A stretch of DNA of 64,000 nt from Octopus sinensis (lineage: Eukaryota), in NCBI RefSeq assembly GCF_006345805.1, contig NC_043007.1:67766001-67830000 (forward strand). The letters are read 5' to 3'. Shown here piece by piece: positions 1 to 14,139 of the stretch. The position numbers and the translations under genes were made by a program. Below the pieces are notes generated by a model, which searched no databases, was not told the DNA's origin, and saw only the letters and a list, made by a program, of their open reading frames with translations. Within the stretch, counting starts at the first letter, position 1, and each line of letters starts with the position of its first letter.

Positions 1-335
1 AGCATTGGCCACGACTATGATTTCCCTTGGCTTGACAGGACTACTTAAGCACAGTATATACCAAAGGTCTCGGTCACTAGTTATTACCTCTGTGAGGCCT
101 AAAGTTCAAAGATCATGCTCCACCATCTCATCCCATGTCTTTCTGGGTCTACCTCTACCACAAGTTTCCTTCCACAATTAGAGATTGGCACTTCTTTACA
201 CAGCTGTCCTCGTCCATATGCATCACATGACCATACCAGTGCAGTTGTCTCTCTTGCACACCAGACCTGATGCCTCTTATGCCCAACTTTTCTCTCAAGT
301 TGATTCCACTCTGTCATACATGCACAGCGACATTG
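1..335 (-). mobile_element. RTE-type LINE 3' fragment (degraded)
   Basis: ORF 99..368 resembles the RTE C-terminal LRWxGHVxRM...RGRP..W region, with shifted frames. Confidence 0.55.
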
Positions 336-1497
336 CACTGGTGTATATATATATATATATATATACATGCTGAACCCTAATTATAATTATACTCATAATT
401 ATAAAAAATATTGTTTAAGTTTACCGATAATGGTCCTTTTAACATGCCGAATACTACTTGGTGGAATTATTAATTATAAATTAATTAATTAATTAATTTT
501 ACCCTTATTATTATATATAAATATATATACACACACATATATACATATATCTGTGTATGTATATATATAGATATATTGGCATTAGGAAGGGCATCCAGCC
601 ATAGAAACACTGCCAAATCTGACTGGGCCTGATGAAGCCTTCCAGCTTCACAGACCCCAGTTAAACCGTCCAACCCATGCTAGCATGGAAAACGGACACT
701 AAATGATGATGATATATATATATATATATATACATATTTATATATGTGTGTGTGTATGTATGTGTGTGTATGTGGTGTGTGTGTGTGTGTGTGTATGTTT
801 TTGCGTATGTGTTTGTCCACCACCACTGCTTGACAACCGATGTTGGTTTGTTTACATCCCCATAATTCAGTGGTTTGGCAAAAAGAGACTGATAGAATGA
901 GTATCAGACCCCACCCCCACCCCCACCCCAAATAAATAAATACTGGACTTGATTCGTTTGACTAACAGTTCTTCAGAGCAGTGTCCCAACATGGCTGCAG
1001 TGTAATGGCCAAAAAAGATATAAAAAAAAAAGATAGATGAAGATAATTCAGTAAAATAACTTTGTCCTTATTAAGCTGATATTTGGAACTTAAATTAGTG
1101 TGAAATTTTGATGGAAGATTTTAATTCAGATCTCTTTAAAACAGGAAGTTTGTGTCATTGAAGCTGGAATGGTCTTAGGTGGGTTGGTGTCAAAAGAGTT
1201 AAATCATTGAGGTGCTAAGTTATCAAACTACTTCCACGAATGTACAGCATTCAAAAATCCACCGTTGCCAACCTTATCGTCTGAAATTAAGTGAACGTTG
1301 CATGATGGGATATCATGCTAATGAGTCATTATGAAAACTGGACAAGATTTGACAAGACAGAAGTACATAAACTTTTCTGTCATTTACATAACTTGTGTGA
1401 ATCATGCTTGCAAGGTTGTTCCAACTTGAGATAGATTTAAAATTAGAATTACACGAAAGTGAACAGTGAAACTCACACACACCACACACACATACAT

Positions 1498-1536
<39 letters not shown>

Positions 1537-2129
1537 TGTATTCCTGAAAAACAACAACATTCCCACACTGATATATATTTAATCTGTGTCTTACAATAGC
1601 ATATTCAATGAAAGGTTAAGCTTGGTAATAATGTTAAAATAACCAGATGAGTTAGGTTCATAGAGAAAACAAGTAAAATAGTAGCTTTATCTGCGCCCTC
1701 TTCTCTCTGCCTTCACCAAACAAGTTTTTAACTTCATAGGTCAGAGTGTATAAACAGTTTAGAAATCTTGTTGCATTTTACTCACAGTTAAGAATGGAAT
1801 GAGACTTTGGGGTTTTTTTATTTGTATATTAATTAATGTACTTAATTTTTTTATTCCACATAAATTTCACAATTAATTCATATGTGAAAATTTATTGGGG
1901 TTAGACGTATGAAATGCCTGTCTTTTAGTAAAAGAAGGTGTTATTGGTGTTATAAATATGTCTGTGAATAAAGGTAGGCTATTAGCAATTCCAAAATCTA
2001 TTTTTTAATTCATAGAAATTCCCAAGGTGGTATCTAGGGGCAAGTGTTTTCTGTAAAAGATTTAGGTTGACAGATGCTTTGTGAATGAAATGTGGTAGAT
2101 GGAAACTGTACAGAAGTCTTTGATATATT

Positions 2130-2310
2130 CTACTACCACCACCACCACAATTATTGCCACCACTGCTGCTGCTGCTGCTTCCACTGCCACCACCACCACC
2201 ACCGCCACCACCACCGCCGCCACCGCCACCGCCACCACCGCCACCGCCGCCGCCGCCGCCACCACAACCACAACCACCACCACCACCACTATCTCTACTG
2301 CCACTACCGC
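2130..2310. repeat. imperfect (CCA/CCG/GCT)n trinucleotide array
   Basis: Directly visible. It produces the poly-Thr/His/Val ORFs at 2062-2473. Confidence 0.9.
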
Positions 2311-2675
2311 TGCCACACCTATTTTGATGTCCATGTCTCTATACTTGCAGGGGTTGAACAGATTTATTGACTTAGATTTTCTACAGAGAGACACTGTTCT
2401 TGTTTCCAAACCTCACCTGTTTCCAAGCAAGATAACTGGTGTTGCTGAAATGTCTGTGAACCATGAAATGTAACATTTGTTTTACTAACATATCTCTGAT
2501 TAAAAGAATGTGATATTGGTGTTGCTAATACATCTTTAAATTGAAGACTTTAATATTGGTGTTGCTAATACATCTCTGATTCAAAGAATGTGACATTGTT
2601 ATTACTAATAAGTCTTTGAACCAAAGAATGTGGTATAGTTGTTGTTAATGCCTCTTTGATTCAGAAAATTAACAT

Positions 2676-2877
2676 AGGTGCAGGAGTGGCTGTGTAGTAA
2701 GTAGCTTGCTTACCAATCACATGGTTCCAGGCTCAGTCTCACTGCGTGGCACCATGGGCAAGTGTTTTCTACTATAGCCTCGGGCTGACCAAAGCCTTGT
2801 GAGTGGATTTGGTAGATAGAAACTAAAAAGAAGCCTGTTGTATATATGTATATATATATGTGTGTGTGTGTGTGTGG

Positions 2878-2921
<44 letters not shown>

Positions 2922-3136
2922 TTGTGTGTCTGTGTTTGTCCCCCCACCCAATATCGCTTGACAACTGATGCTGGTGTGTTTACGTCCCTGTAATTTAGCA
3001 GTTCGGCAAAAGAGACTGATAGAATAAGTACTAGGCTTACAAAGAATAAGTCCTGGGGGTCGATTTGCTCAACTAAAGGCGGTGCTCCAGCATGGCCGCA
3101 GTCAAATGACTGAAACAAGTAAAAGAGTAAAAGAGT
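2676..3136 (+). mobile_element. SINE family A (tRNA-like head, internal (TA)n(TG)n, (AAAAGAGT)n tail)
   Basis: Same sequence recurs at 3140-3550, 7995-8390, 9322-9734(-), 29665-30000(-) and 49145-49540(-). Confidence 0.85.
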
Positions 3137-4223
3137 ATAAGGTGTGGGGTTGTGCAATAAGAAATTGCTTCCCAACGACAGGCTTCCAGGTTCAGTCCCA
3201 CTGTGTAGGACCTTGGGTAAGTGTCTTCTACTATAGCCTCAGGCCAATCAAAGCCTTGTGCGTGGATTTAATAAACAGAAACTGAAAGAAGCCTGTTGCA
3301 TATATGTAGCATGTGTGTGTGTGTGCACAGGTGCCTTTCTGTCTGTATGTCCCCCCTCACTACCACTTGACAATGGTTGCTAGTGTGTTTACACACCTGT
3401 AACTTAATGGTTCAGCAGAAGAGACCAATGTAGTAAGTACCAAGATTTTTAAAATAAGTACTGCGGTCAAAACATTCAACTAAAAAATTTTTCAAGATGG
3501 TGCTCCAGCTTGGCTGCAGTCTAATGACTGAAACAAATAAAGATAAAAGATACATCTTAAGGAAAGTAATGTGTGTGTATGTGTGTGTGTCTGTGTGTGT
3601 GTGTAATGGTTACTTTGAAATAAATAGGCAATCTGTCCTTTTCTAGTATGCAACACACCTGTATTTTGTAGTGGGTTGGTGACAGATCAACGTTAAAGTT
3701 ACCTGAAGCGGAAGCTTAGCCTTTGATACACAATAAAAGAATTTGTCAAATATTTGATCTTCCTGTTTATAATAAACTATAAACCCTTGAAGTAAAATTT
3801 CAGGGATTAAGGATTGTCTACCAGGTGTTATAACTGTATTGAGACAGCAAAATGAAAGAAAAGTAGATCCACTGACTAAAATTTCTCAATTATAATTAAT
3901 AGAAACCCATAGGGTAACAACTGGGGCCAATGTCTTCTACAATTGATTCATATTAATCAATGCCTTGTAAGTAAAATTTGGTAGAGGGAAACTACACAGA
4001 AGCCTGAGTTTTGGGTTCAGTCCTACTGTGTGGCACCTTGAGCAAGTGTCTTTTATAACCACAGGCAGACCCATGCCTTGTGAGAGAACTTGGTAGATGG
4101 AAACTGTGGAAGCCTGTCAGATGTATGTGTATATACACATACATACATACATACATACACACATACATACATACATACATACATATATACATACATACAT
4201 ACATACATACACACACACACATA

Positions 4224-5280
4224 TATTAGGTTGTCAAGAATGAAATTTGTAGTAAAGTATATGGTAAACTTTGATAGCTGTTCATTTTGCACCATTATTA
4301 TATTTTGACAATCTTTATTATTTGTTAGAAAGCTGACCCATCTATTTCTTTATTCTAACTTGTTTTGCACTTTTTAAAGTATTTATAAATCATTTTTTGT
4401 TATTTTTGGTTAGAGATGGATAAGTCAGAAATTCGTACAGTTTTGAAATATGAGTTCTTTCTTGGAAATAGAGCATCACAGACAGTTCGGAATATTAATG
4501 GAGCATTTCATTCTAATATTATTATACAGCAGACAGTAACAAATTGGTTTGAAAAATTTCGTTCTGGTAACTTTGACCTCACAAATGAGCAACATGGTTG
4601 ACCAGAAACAAAGGTGGATAGTGACAAACTGAAAGCCACAGTCAAGTCAGATCCACCTCAAAGCGCCTGTGAATTATTGTTGTTGTTTGGTGTTAGCAAG
4701 CAAACAATATTGACTCACCTAGTTCAAATCAGTAAAGTGAAAAAGTTGGATAAGTGGGTTCCACATGAACTCAATGAAAATCAAAAACAGCATCGTTTGG
4801 AAGCCTACATTATGTTACTTCACAAAAATGAATTATTTCGGAATTGAATTGTAACATGTGATGAGAAATGGACCCAGTACAACAACTGTAAACATTCAGC
4901 ACAATGGTTGGACAAAGATAAGCCACCAAAACAGTCCAAAAAGCAAAATTCATCAAAGAAACTGATGGTGTGTTTTTGGTGGTCTGGCACAGGTGTGATC
5001 CCTTCTGATTTCATTAATCTTGGCTCATCAATCACAGCTGAAGTATACTGCAGCCAACTGGACCAAATGATGTAGAAACTTACAAAAACACAGCCTAGAT
5101 TAGTCAACAGATCCACTCCTATTCTATTGCAAGACAATACCAGACCACACATTGCAAAAATGACATTGGCAAAACTACAGGAGTTGGAGTTGGAAGTTCT
5201 CCATCATCCACCATACTCACCCGATCTTGCCCCCACTGACTACCACTTCTTCCAGAATTTGGATAACTTTTTGATGTTTA
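4224..5280 (+). mobile_element. degraded mariner (D,D34D) transposon
   Basis: Left end tattaggttg is Hsmar1-like. Transposase pieces include WVPHEL, TCDEKW and QDN..HPPYSPDLAPTDY with D34D spacing. Several stops; 3' end truncated. Confidence 0.9.
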
Positions 5281-5900
5281 CTTATGCAATTACTCAAAAA
5301 TCCAATAGAATCTGAAATCCAAAATGCTTCCAAGTCCTAAACATTCTAGATAAAGGATTACTAACAATAAGTGTGCTAGTTATCTACAAGTGTGACATTG
5401 TTGTTAAGCCCTAAATTGGCCAGGGCCAACTAGACAATTCCAGCCATGATCTTCCCATGTTCCTTTTTTTTGAAGGCATAGTGTACCTAGGATTACATTA
5501 TCTGATGTATCCTTACTTTTCAAAAATTCCAGGGTGTGAGCTGAAAGACATTTGACTCTTACTTTTCAATGATGACAGTGGTGATGGCAATGATGATGAT
5601 GATCATAATGTTGGTAGTGATGATGATGATGATGATGATTGTTGTTATTTAGTTTTTGGAGAATCATAATAAAGCAGGTAGGTCTAGGACCAGAGGCATT
5701 CCATCAGTGACTAGACTATATCTTTTTTCAGACAGAATATTTAGGGCTGCATTTTACTAATGTTTTCTTCACTTTTTCTTAAGATGAAAGAGTGTGATTT
5801 GAGTGAGTTTTAGCTGCTATCTCTACCAGAGGGAGTAACCACTTAGGAGATCCTTAATTAGTAGTGATGATGGTAACAATATCTGCAGCTTTTAGTATTA

Positions 5901-6135
5901 AGGCGGCAAGCTGGTAGAATCGTTAGTATGCCGGGCGAAATGCTTAGCGGTATTTCGTCTGCCGCTACAATTTGAGTTCAAATTCTGCCAGGTCAACTTT
6001 GTCTTTCATCCTTTCGAAGTCGATTAAATAAGTACCTGTTACGCACTGGGGTCGATGTAATTGACTTAATCTGTTTGTCTGTCCTTGTTTGTCCCCTGTG
6101 TGTTTAAGCCCCTTGTGGGTAGTAAAGAAATAGGT
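5901..6135 (+). mobile_element. SINE family B (tRNA-derived head, core GCCTTTCATCCTTTCGGGGTCGAT)
   Basis: A-box-like TGGTAGAATCG and B-box-like GAGTTCAAAT. Further copies at 12920-13080, 15615-16100, 24520-25085, 34330-34555, 47255-47648, 50570-51240, 52920-53025 and 63890-64000. Confidence 0.85.
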
Positions 6136-6500
6136 GACAATACTTTTAGTAATAGGGGCGGTATTGGTGCTAGTGGTGTTAGAGACAGTAATAGTGTTAG
6201 TGGTTGTGGAGGTGGTGATTGTGGTGGTGGTAGTGATTTTGCTAGTGGAAAGTATGGCTGAGATGATAGGGAAGTTGATATTTGTGTTTGTGGTTGTAAT
6301 AATAATGTTAAAGTTAAGTGTGTTAGCAGTGGTGATTATAGTGGTGGAGGTAGTAATGGGCATGTGGTGGTGGTAGTAGTGGTAGCTGTAGAAATGGTGG
6401 TGGAAGTTGTAGAAATGATGGTGGTGGTTGCAGTAGTTGTTGAAGGGATGATGGTAATATTACTGTTACTGATTGTGGCAACAGTGGTGGTAGTTTTTGC
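6130..6500. repeat. degenerate (GTG/GTA)n array
   Basis: Directly visible; source of the poly-V/T ORFs. Confidence 0.85.
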
Positions 6501-7040
6501 ACTGCTGAAAACATCTCTAATTTCAATAGACAAATGGCTAATGTTAGCTATAAGGTGTTAATGTTCGCTATTCAGATGAGAAACAACAACAATCATAACA
6601 TCATCATCATCATCATCATCCATAACAATATCATACAACCATAATAACATTGTTCAACCCCTTTTTTCTCATTCTGATGGAAAAGTTGGACATATAAGTT
6701 GACATTAATATTTCATCAGGGATTCCTCATTGTTTATGAATATCAATATGTATGTGTGTGTTTGTATATGCGATTGTGTATACATGGGTGTCTAACTGTA
6801 CACGTACATGTGGACTTGTGGAAGTGTATGTATGTATGAAGATATATGTATGTGTGCAAACTGAGAATGTATATGCACACAGGTGTGTGACTGTGTAGTA
6901 AATGTGTGTGTATGTCTGTGTGTATATGTGCATATATATGTGTATGTGTAAATATGTATGTGAATGTGCAAGTATTTGTGTACATGTATATATGTGTGTT
7001 TTTGTGTTTATGTATTTGTGTGTGTGTGTGTGTGTGTGTG

Positions 7041-7072
<32 letters not shown>

Positions 7073-9321
7073 ATGTGTGTGTGTATGTGAATGAACATGT
7101 ACATGTATCTCTAAGAAGCAGCTATATGGGTCTGCTCCTAGATTTGTTGGCTGCAGATATTCCACTTAATTCTCATGTTTCCTACAACATGAGACAGGAC
7201 AGAAATAGCACACAGGTAGATACAAGTAGACATTCAAACAGACAGACAGACAGGAAGATAGAAGTACACACAGAAGCATCTAAATAATTATTACATACAC
7301 AAACAGGTAGTTAACCATACAAAACACATATCTATTTACAAGTGTTTATAAGTACATATCTAGATAAATCTATATTAAGTTGCTGCACACACACACACAT
7401 ATCATCATCATCATTAATGTCTGTTTTCCTTACTGGAATGGATTGAATGGTTTGACAAGAGCTGACCAGATGAGGCATTGTTCAGGCTCCATGTCTGTTT
7501 TGGCATTGTTCCTACGGCTGGATGCCCTTCCTAATGCCAGCACACACACATATATAGATATATACATAAATATATATATATGTATGTGTGTGTGTATGTA
7601 TAATATACAAATAATCACCATCATCATTTAACTTCCATGTACCATGATTGTTTTTGTCTAGTTATGAAAACAATTTAATAATAATTTGCAGGATAACTCA
7701 ATACATATACTAGAGTATATATTTGTTAACTGTCAACTGTTTCCTTGTGATATAGACATCCATTAACCTACCAAGTCATCTGTTATGTTCACATGGGTAG
7801 GACAAATTTTGTTGAGACAGATTTCTTACAGCTGAATGACCTTCTTGTCATTGACCCTCACCTGTTTCCAAGCAAGGTAATATTTTCCCATGACCTGGTA
7901 TATCTCAGGGAATTGGAAATGAATGAAACTACTTGCATAAAGGTAACATTTACTTACAACTGTCACGTGATGTCAAGGAGATAGTAAAACACACACAGGC
8001 ATAGGAGTAGCTGTGTGGTGAGTAGCTTGCTTATGAACGACACGGTTCTGGGTTCAGTCCCACTACGTGGCAACTTGGGCAAGTGTCTTCTACTATAGCC
8101 TCAGGCTGACCAAAGCCTTGTGAGTGGATTTGGTAGATGGAAACTGAAAGAAGCCTGTTGTATATATATGTGTATGTGTTTGTGTGTCTGTGTTTGTCCC
8201 CACCAACATCGCTTGACAACCGATGTTGGTGTGTTTACATCCCAATAACCTAGCAGTTCGGCAAAAGAGACCTATAGAATAAGTACTAAGCTTACAAAGA
8301 ATAAGTCCTAGGGTCGATTTGCTTGACTAAAGATGGTGCTCCAGCATGGCCACAGTCACATGACTGAAACAAGTAAAAGAGTAAAAAGAGCAAGAGTGCA
8401 CACACACACACAATGGGCTTCTTTCAGTTTCTGTCTGCCAAATCCATTCACTAGACTTTGACTGGCCTGGGATTATAGCAGAAGACATTTGCCCAAGATG
8501 CAGAGGGACTGAAACTGAAATCATGTGGTTGGGAAGCAAACTTCTTGCTACATAGCCCTGCCTGCAACTATATCTATCTATTTACTTATTTACCTACCTT
8601 TCTATCTATCTACTTATCTACCTACATACCTATCTATCTACTTATCTACCTACCTATCTACTTATCTACCTATCTATCTATCTATCTACCTATGCATGTA
8701 TCAGGCACAGTTGTGTGGTTAAGAAGTTTGCTTCACAGCTATGTGGTTTCAAGTTCAGTCCCACTGGATGGTACCTGGGGACAAATGAGTAAGGGACTGC
8801 ATCTGTTTCAAACCTATATACTTTACCATCTCCGTTTCTGCAATGACAGTCATCAGTCCCTCATCCCTAGAGCCACTTGTTATTAGCATCCACACTTGAA
8901 ATACAAACTAAGTATATGACCATGTTCAAATATTGCTTAGGTGCCTTTGGCCAAGGCTAATCATAAGAGGAAACTCCTGTCTAAACTGCTATTGGCTAGC
9001 ATAGACAAGTAAACTTACAACCAACTGAGATTGGCCAAAAATGAGGCTTTCACCCATCGGTGGATTGATACTATCTAAAGAGTTAGAAGATGAGATGATC
9101 ACAGCTGGAGTACTTTGGATCATAAATATTTTGTAATATCCATCTGGAATGCTTTCATCATATGTCTCCTGGATCAATAATAACCTAGGGTGAAACAACA
9201 ACAACAACGACAACATGAAGAACGGCAGTGGCGGCGACGACGATGACGTCAACAACAACTACTACTACTACTACTTAAATCCTCTCTGTATCTTTTGTAT
9301 GTTGTTCATGTTGACTGTTCC

Positions 9322-9529
9322 TTTTTATTCTTTTACTTGTTTCAGTCATTTGACTGTGGCCATGCTGGAGCACCACCTTTAGTCGAGCAAATCGACCCCA
9401 GGACTTATTCTTGTAAGCCTAGTGCTTATTCTATCAGTCTCTTTTGCCGAACCGCTAAGTTACGGGGACGTAAACACACCAGCATCGGTTGTAAAGCGAT
9501 GTTGGGGGGACAAACACAGATATACAAAC

Positions 9530-9560
<31 letters not shown>

Positions 9561-9734
9561 CATACATATATACGACGGGCTTCTTTCAGTTTCCGTCTAC
9601 CAAATCCACTCACAAGGCTTTGGTTGGCTCAAGGCTATAGTAGAAGACACTCGCCCAAGGCGCCACGCAGTGGGACAGAACCCAGAACCCATGGTTTGTA
9701 AGCAAGCTACTTACCACACAGCTACTCCTACGCC
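9322..9734 (-). mobile_element. SINE family A, young CpG-rich copy
   Basis: Near-identical to the reverse complement of 2676-3136 and to 49145-49540. Confidence 0.88.
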
Positions 9735-10153
9735 TTTTTTTGTGTAAAAAAAAAAAATCATTTGACAGAAGCACATTTTTTTAAAAACCAGAAACATGGA
9801 AACTGTCTTTAATTAGAAAATGGAACTAATTGAGAAATTCATTTTTGAAAGAAAGAGACAAAAAAAAAAAGGAACTATGTTTGGTATTGGCATGACATGT
9901 AAGATGTATCATCAACTGACTCCCAAACAGCCTGAAACTAATTTTACATTGACAACACAGTGACTTCAATGTTTAGTGACCCACATTAGTAGCATCATTT
10001 CAAGACTTTCCCATAAAAATATTAGAGAAGGCATAATTGTGCGACATGCATTTATATATTGAATACAAACCAGTGCCATGTCCATGGATGTTTGAAAGGT
10101 CTGAGCAATTATTACTCCCAGGGCAGGGATATAAACATAGTTAAATGAAATGG

Positions 10154-10191
<38 letters not shown>

Positions 10192-13100
10192 AAGGAAGAG
10201 TATTTTGGTTACAAGGTCACAGAAATCAGTAATAACTGTAGAGGTCATGGGGTCAATAAAGGTTAAATGTAAAAAGGAAGAGCTTTTTAACTAATATTAA
10301 TTTGCATGTGTGTATATACATATGTATGAATGTGTATGTATATATATATATATATATATATATGGATACATACACACACACACACACACATGTACATAAA
10401 TATACACACATATACATATGTATTATTCAATTATCACATTTATAGCGGGCAGGCTTGACTCCGGGAATTATCCTAAAAGCATGCAATCTACAAGCAGTGC
10501 TGAGAACAATATATCTTGGAGTTATATAAAGTCAGGTCTTCATAATATTGTTAATTCAAATTCTTATATCTCTACTTTAAAAATATTGTTATAATTCTTG
10601 TGCTTGTAAGACATGAGATTTGCTTCTCTGAACTGCCAGGGAATTTGCAATCAGTACCTATCCTTATTTGGTACACCTGTCTCCTTTGCTCATGTACCAC
10701 ATCTGAAAAGAACTCTTCCTGAAGCTTGGTTTCTTTTTTTGTATATCAGGGGCAGGCAGCTTTTTTTGAGAAGCAGGCCACATGGGACATTGGCTCACTA
10801 TCAGGTGGGTCATGCTACTTAAAATATTCAAGGTAGTTTTTCATTAGGTATGCCATTCAAAAAATTCTGCAGACTATATTCTTTTACTTGTTTCAGTCAT
10901 TTGACTGTGGCCACACTGGAGTACCGCTTTTAATCAAACAAATCGACCCCAGGACTTATTCTTTGGAAGCTTAGTACTTATTCTATAGGTCTCTTTTTCC
11001 GAATCACTAAGTTACAGAGATGTAAACACACCGATATTGGTTGTCAGGTGATGGTGGGAGGGACAAACACACAAAAACATGTCGTATATATATATATATG
11101 ACAGGCTTCTTCCAGTTTCTGTCTACCAAATCTATTAACAAGGCTGTAGTGGAAGACACTTGTCTCCTTTTCTCAGGAAGGGATATTCAGACCTGGGTAT
11201 TGATGTTACTAGCTACACCCTTAATTTCTTTTAAATCTGTACAATGTCAAATTTGTATAACTCGAGAACCTGGATAACTTGGTTTGCTGTCACAGAATTC
11301 ACATTTTTTCAATTTTCTTTCAATTGTTTTCAAATTTGGTTATACTGATTTCGTTTTGTATGTTAATTATGAAAAAGTTATTAATTTTTGCCATAAACAA
11401 ATGAATAAAAACTTAATAGCTTTTAAAGTTTGCAAATTTTTGATAATTTTAGCCATCATTATACATGACTATAATCTCTCAGTATGCTTCTATAGTAACA
11501 AGCTAAGCTGTAGTCTGTTCTCTTTTCATTGTAACAAGGATGCACTTTCCTTGTGCTGACACTTTCACCACAAATTTTGACGAACAATATCATTTTATAC
11601 CTGTGTTATTTCTGTCTGTCATTTTATGACAGCTATCATGTGAGAAATGTGCTGCTTCTGATTAGACTAAAAATTATAAGACTTTGAACCTCTGTAACAT
11701 TTTCCTAAATTTTTCTGGGAATAAATGAATCCTAAATTTATATTCAGCATGAAAAATTACACCAATAAACAAAATTTGAAAATTTTTACTTATTGTTAAA
11801 ATTTCCAAATCTGTAGACCAGAAGATATTGTATGCATCTATGTATGTACTTATATATGTATCCGTCCACCATTTACATTACATATGTGTATACTACTGCA
11901 CTGCCGTTTTCAGCTAGCAAGCTGCACCATTAGTCTGTTTTGGTTTGGTTCCTATGGTTGGGTAGCCTTCCTAATGCCTTCCACTTTACAGTGTCCTGGG
12001 TGTCTTTTACATGTTACCAGTGTGGGTGCCTTTTCACATGTCACTGGCACAGATGCTTTTTATATGTCACCAGAAAATTCCTGAGTTCAATCCCAATCCA
12101 TGTCATCTTGGGTAAATGAGATTTTCTACAGCCTTGGGGTGACCTGTACCTTGTGAGTTAAATTAGATAGGCGGAAACTGAATAGAAGCCCAGAGGGTGG
12201 ATTGTACCTGTAATTCAAAAGGCACAGCCTGGTCATACATTATGTCACAATGATTCTGCCTGAAAATTACATTAAGAGTACACATGTCTGTGGAATACTC
12301 TGTCACTTACATGTTAATTCAACAAGCAGAAAATTCAGTTGATCAATCAATTGAATTCACATCATCAAATCTAACAATGATTCATTCACTAATCTACTCA
12401 AACCCTCATGTAAAAAGACATATTTGACAATATGATCTGAGTAAAAGATGAGACAGTCAAGACTGGGGCCCTATGAACATGAATGGAGAGACTCAAAGTT
12501 GAAGATCTCCTGCCATATTCTGTATTTGGGTTATTGAAGTAATGATGTAGGGAAAACAGACATTCTGTGGTGGTGGTGGTGGCAGTGCAACAAACAAACA
12601 GACATACATAATGTAATGTAAATGGTGGATATATACATATACAAGTACAGACAGAGATGCATACAATTTTTTTAGGTCTGTAGATTTGGAAGTTTTAAGA
12701 TTAAGTTAAAATAACATGATTTATTGAAGTAATGATGTATGAACAAATGATGGGGGTAACCAATTGCCAGTTAAGTAGACTGAGGCTTGGGAGGACTTAG
12801 TGCGTTTTTATTACTGTATTCTATAACGTGTCATAACGTTTCTATTTAGGCATGAGAATATTGAAAGTCCAGCAAACTGATCCCACTGCTAATGCATTTT
12901 TATGTGTCTAATAATGGTTTCTAATTTTGGCACAAGGCCAGTAATTTTTGAGGGAAGAGGGGTTAGTCAATACTACTGACCCTCAGTACTTGACTGGTAC
13001 TTTATTTTACTGACTTGAAAAGGATGAAAGGCTGAAGTTAACCGTGGCAGGATTTGAACTCAGAATGTAAAGAACTTGAATGAATGACACAGCTTCATTT

Positions 13101-13290
13101 CCAGATAACAACAGTAGTATACATATAATGTGAATATATTGCTTTTATTTAAGTTGGATTTGGTTGTATGTAATTATGATTCAGTTCTTCAATGAAATCT
13201 TTTATCTTAACAAATTCATGGAAATTTGGAACAGTGCAAAAAATAAAACAAATGCTATCACACAAAGAAAATTCTACCAATACATTAGAA

Positions 13291-13296
13291 TTTATT
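13291..13296 (-). terminator. candidate polyadenylation signal AATAAA of PSMC1 (proximal)
   Basis: tttatt on plus, about 50 nt past the stop. A second AATAAA lies at 13144-13149. Usage is unknown. Confidence 0.45.
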
Positions 13297-13343
13297 AAAA
13301 GGAAGAATTACAAGGGTGGAAAAAAAAAGAGAAGCGTATATTG

Positions 13344-13478
13344 TTAGAGATAAAGTCCTTCTGGTGTTCCTTCATTCTTCCTATACAACACATTTTCCTT
13401 AGCTTTCTTGAAGTCTTCATTGGTGACTTTCATTCTTCTTTCTCTCAATGCTAATAAACCAGCCTCTGTACAAATAGC
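13344..13478 (-). CDS. PSMC1: PSMC1 exon 12 ([44 protein letters not shown])
   Basis: cctgcag|GCT...CTC TAA, 135 nt, ends in the HbYX motif LYL typical of Rpt2. The 12 exons sum to 1326 nt in one frame. Confidence 0.98.
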   Translation of the reverse strand, partial: AICTEAGLLALRERRMKVTNEDFKKAKENVLYRKNEGTPEGLYL

Positions 13479-14139
13479 CTGCAGGAAAGACAACAAAATC
13501 AACAATGACTAACAGAAATGACAGAAAAAAAGAATTATATTGAAATAACTTTGTATATAGAGATATAAATAACTGTGTATTTCCTATATATGTACATATG
13601 TATGTATGCACACAATGTAACTATCTGTCACACACACACTCACATAACCATCCACTTTTTCATGATGGTATAGGCTGATGCAAATTTTCCAAGGCCAGAT
13701 ATCTGTCTCAGAGCAAAGTAATATTTCCTCATGGCCAGACACACACACATAAAAAAACAGGAAATGAATGACTAACAAAAGATGTCTAGACAAAGAGACA
13801 CAAACAAAAACCTCTCATATTCACAGATGTGGAGTCATGCCCCATGAGCAACCATCGAATTTTTTTTTACCCAAAGGTTTATTTAATCTAATATTTACAT
13901 GTTACTATTTATAGCTTTATATGCTCTTCGCCATTCTGAAAGAATTATTTGACGTTCCCTTGAAGTTTCTAAACTCTTATTACACCAAACAACATATATA
14001 CAACAGGCCTTTTTCAGTTTCCCTCTACTCAATCCACTCGTAATGCTTTGATTGACCAAGGTGCCACATAGTGGAACTGAACTGAAAGCCATATGGTCTT
14101 TTAACCACACATCCATATATACAGTATGTGCATGTGTGT

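Noticed and set aside
1228-1280. Possible terminal exon on minus strand (DKVGNGGFLNAVHSWK*) after cacttaatttcag
   Set aside because: Only 16 codons, phase not linkable to the 3703 candidate without another exon, and no recognisable homology.
2062-2473. Poly-His/Thr/Val ORFs
   Set aside because: All frames are open only because of a trinucleotide array attached to a SINE fragment; no splice or domain support.
10613-10822. ORF starting MRFASLNCQG, like a LINE endonuclease N-terminus
   Set aside because: Downstream endonuclease motifs (QET, GDFN) are absent.
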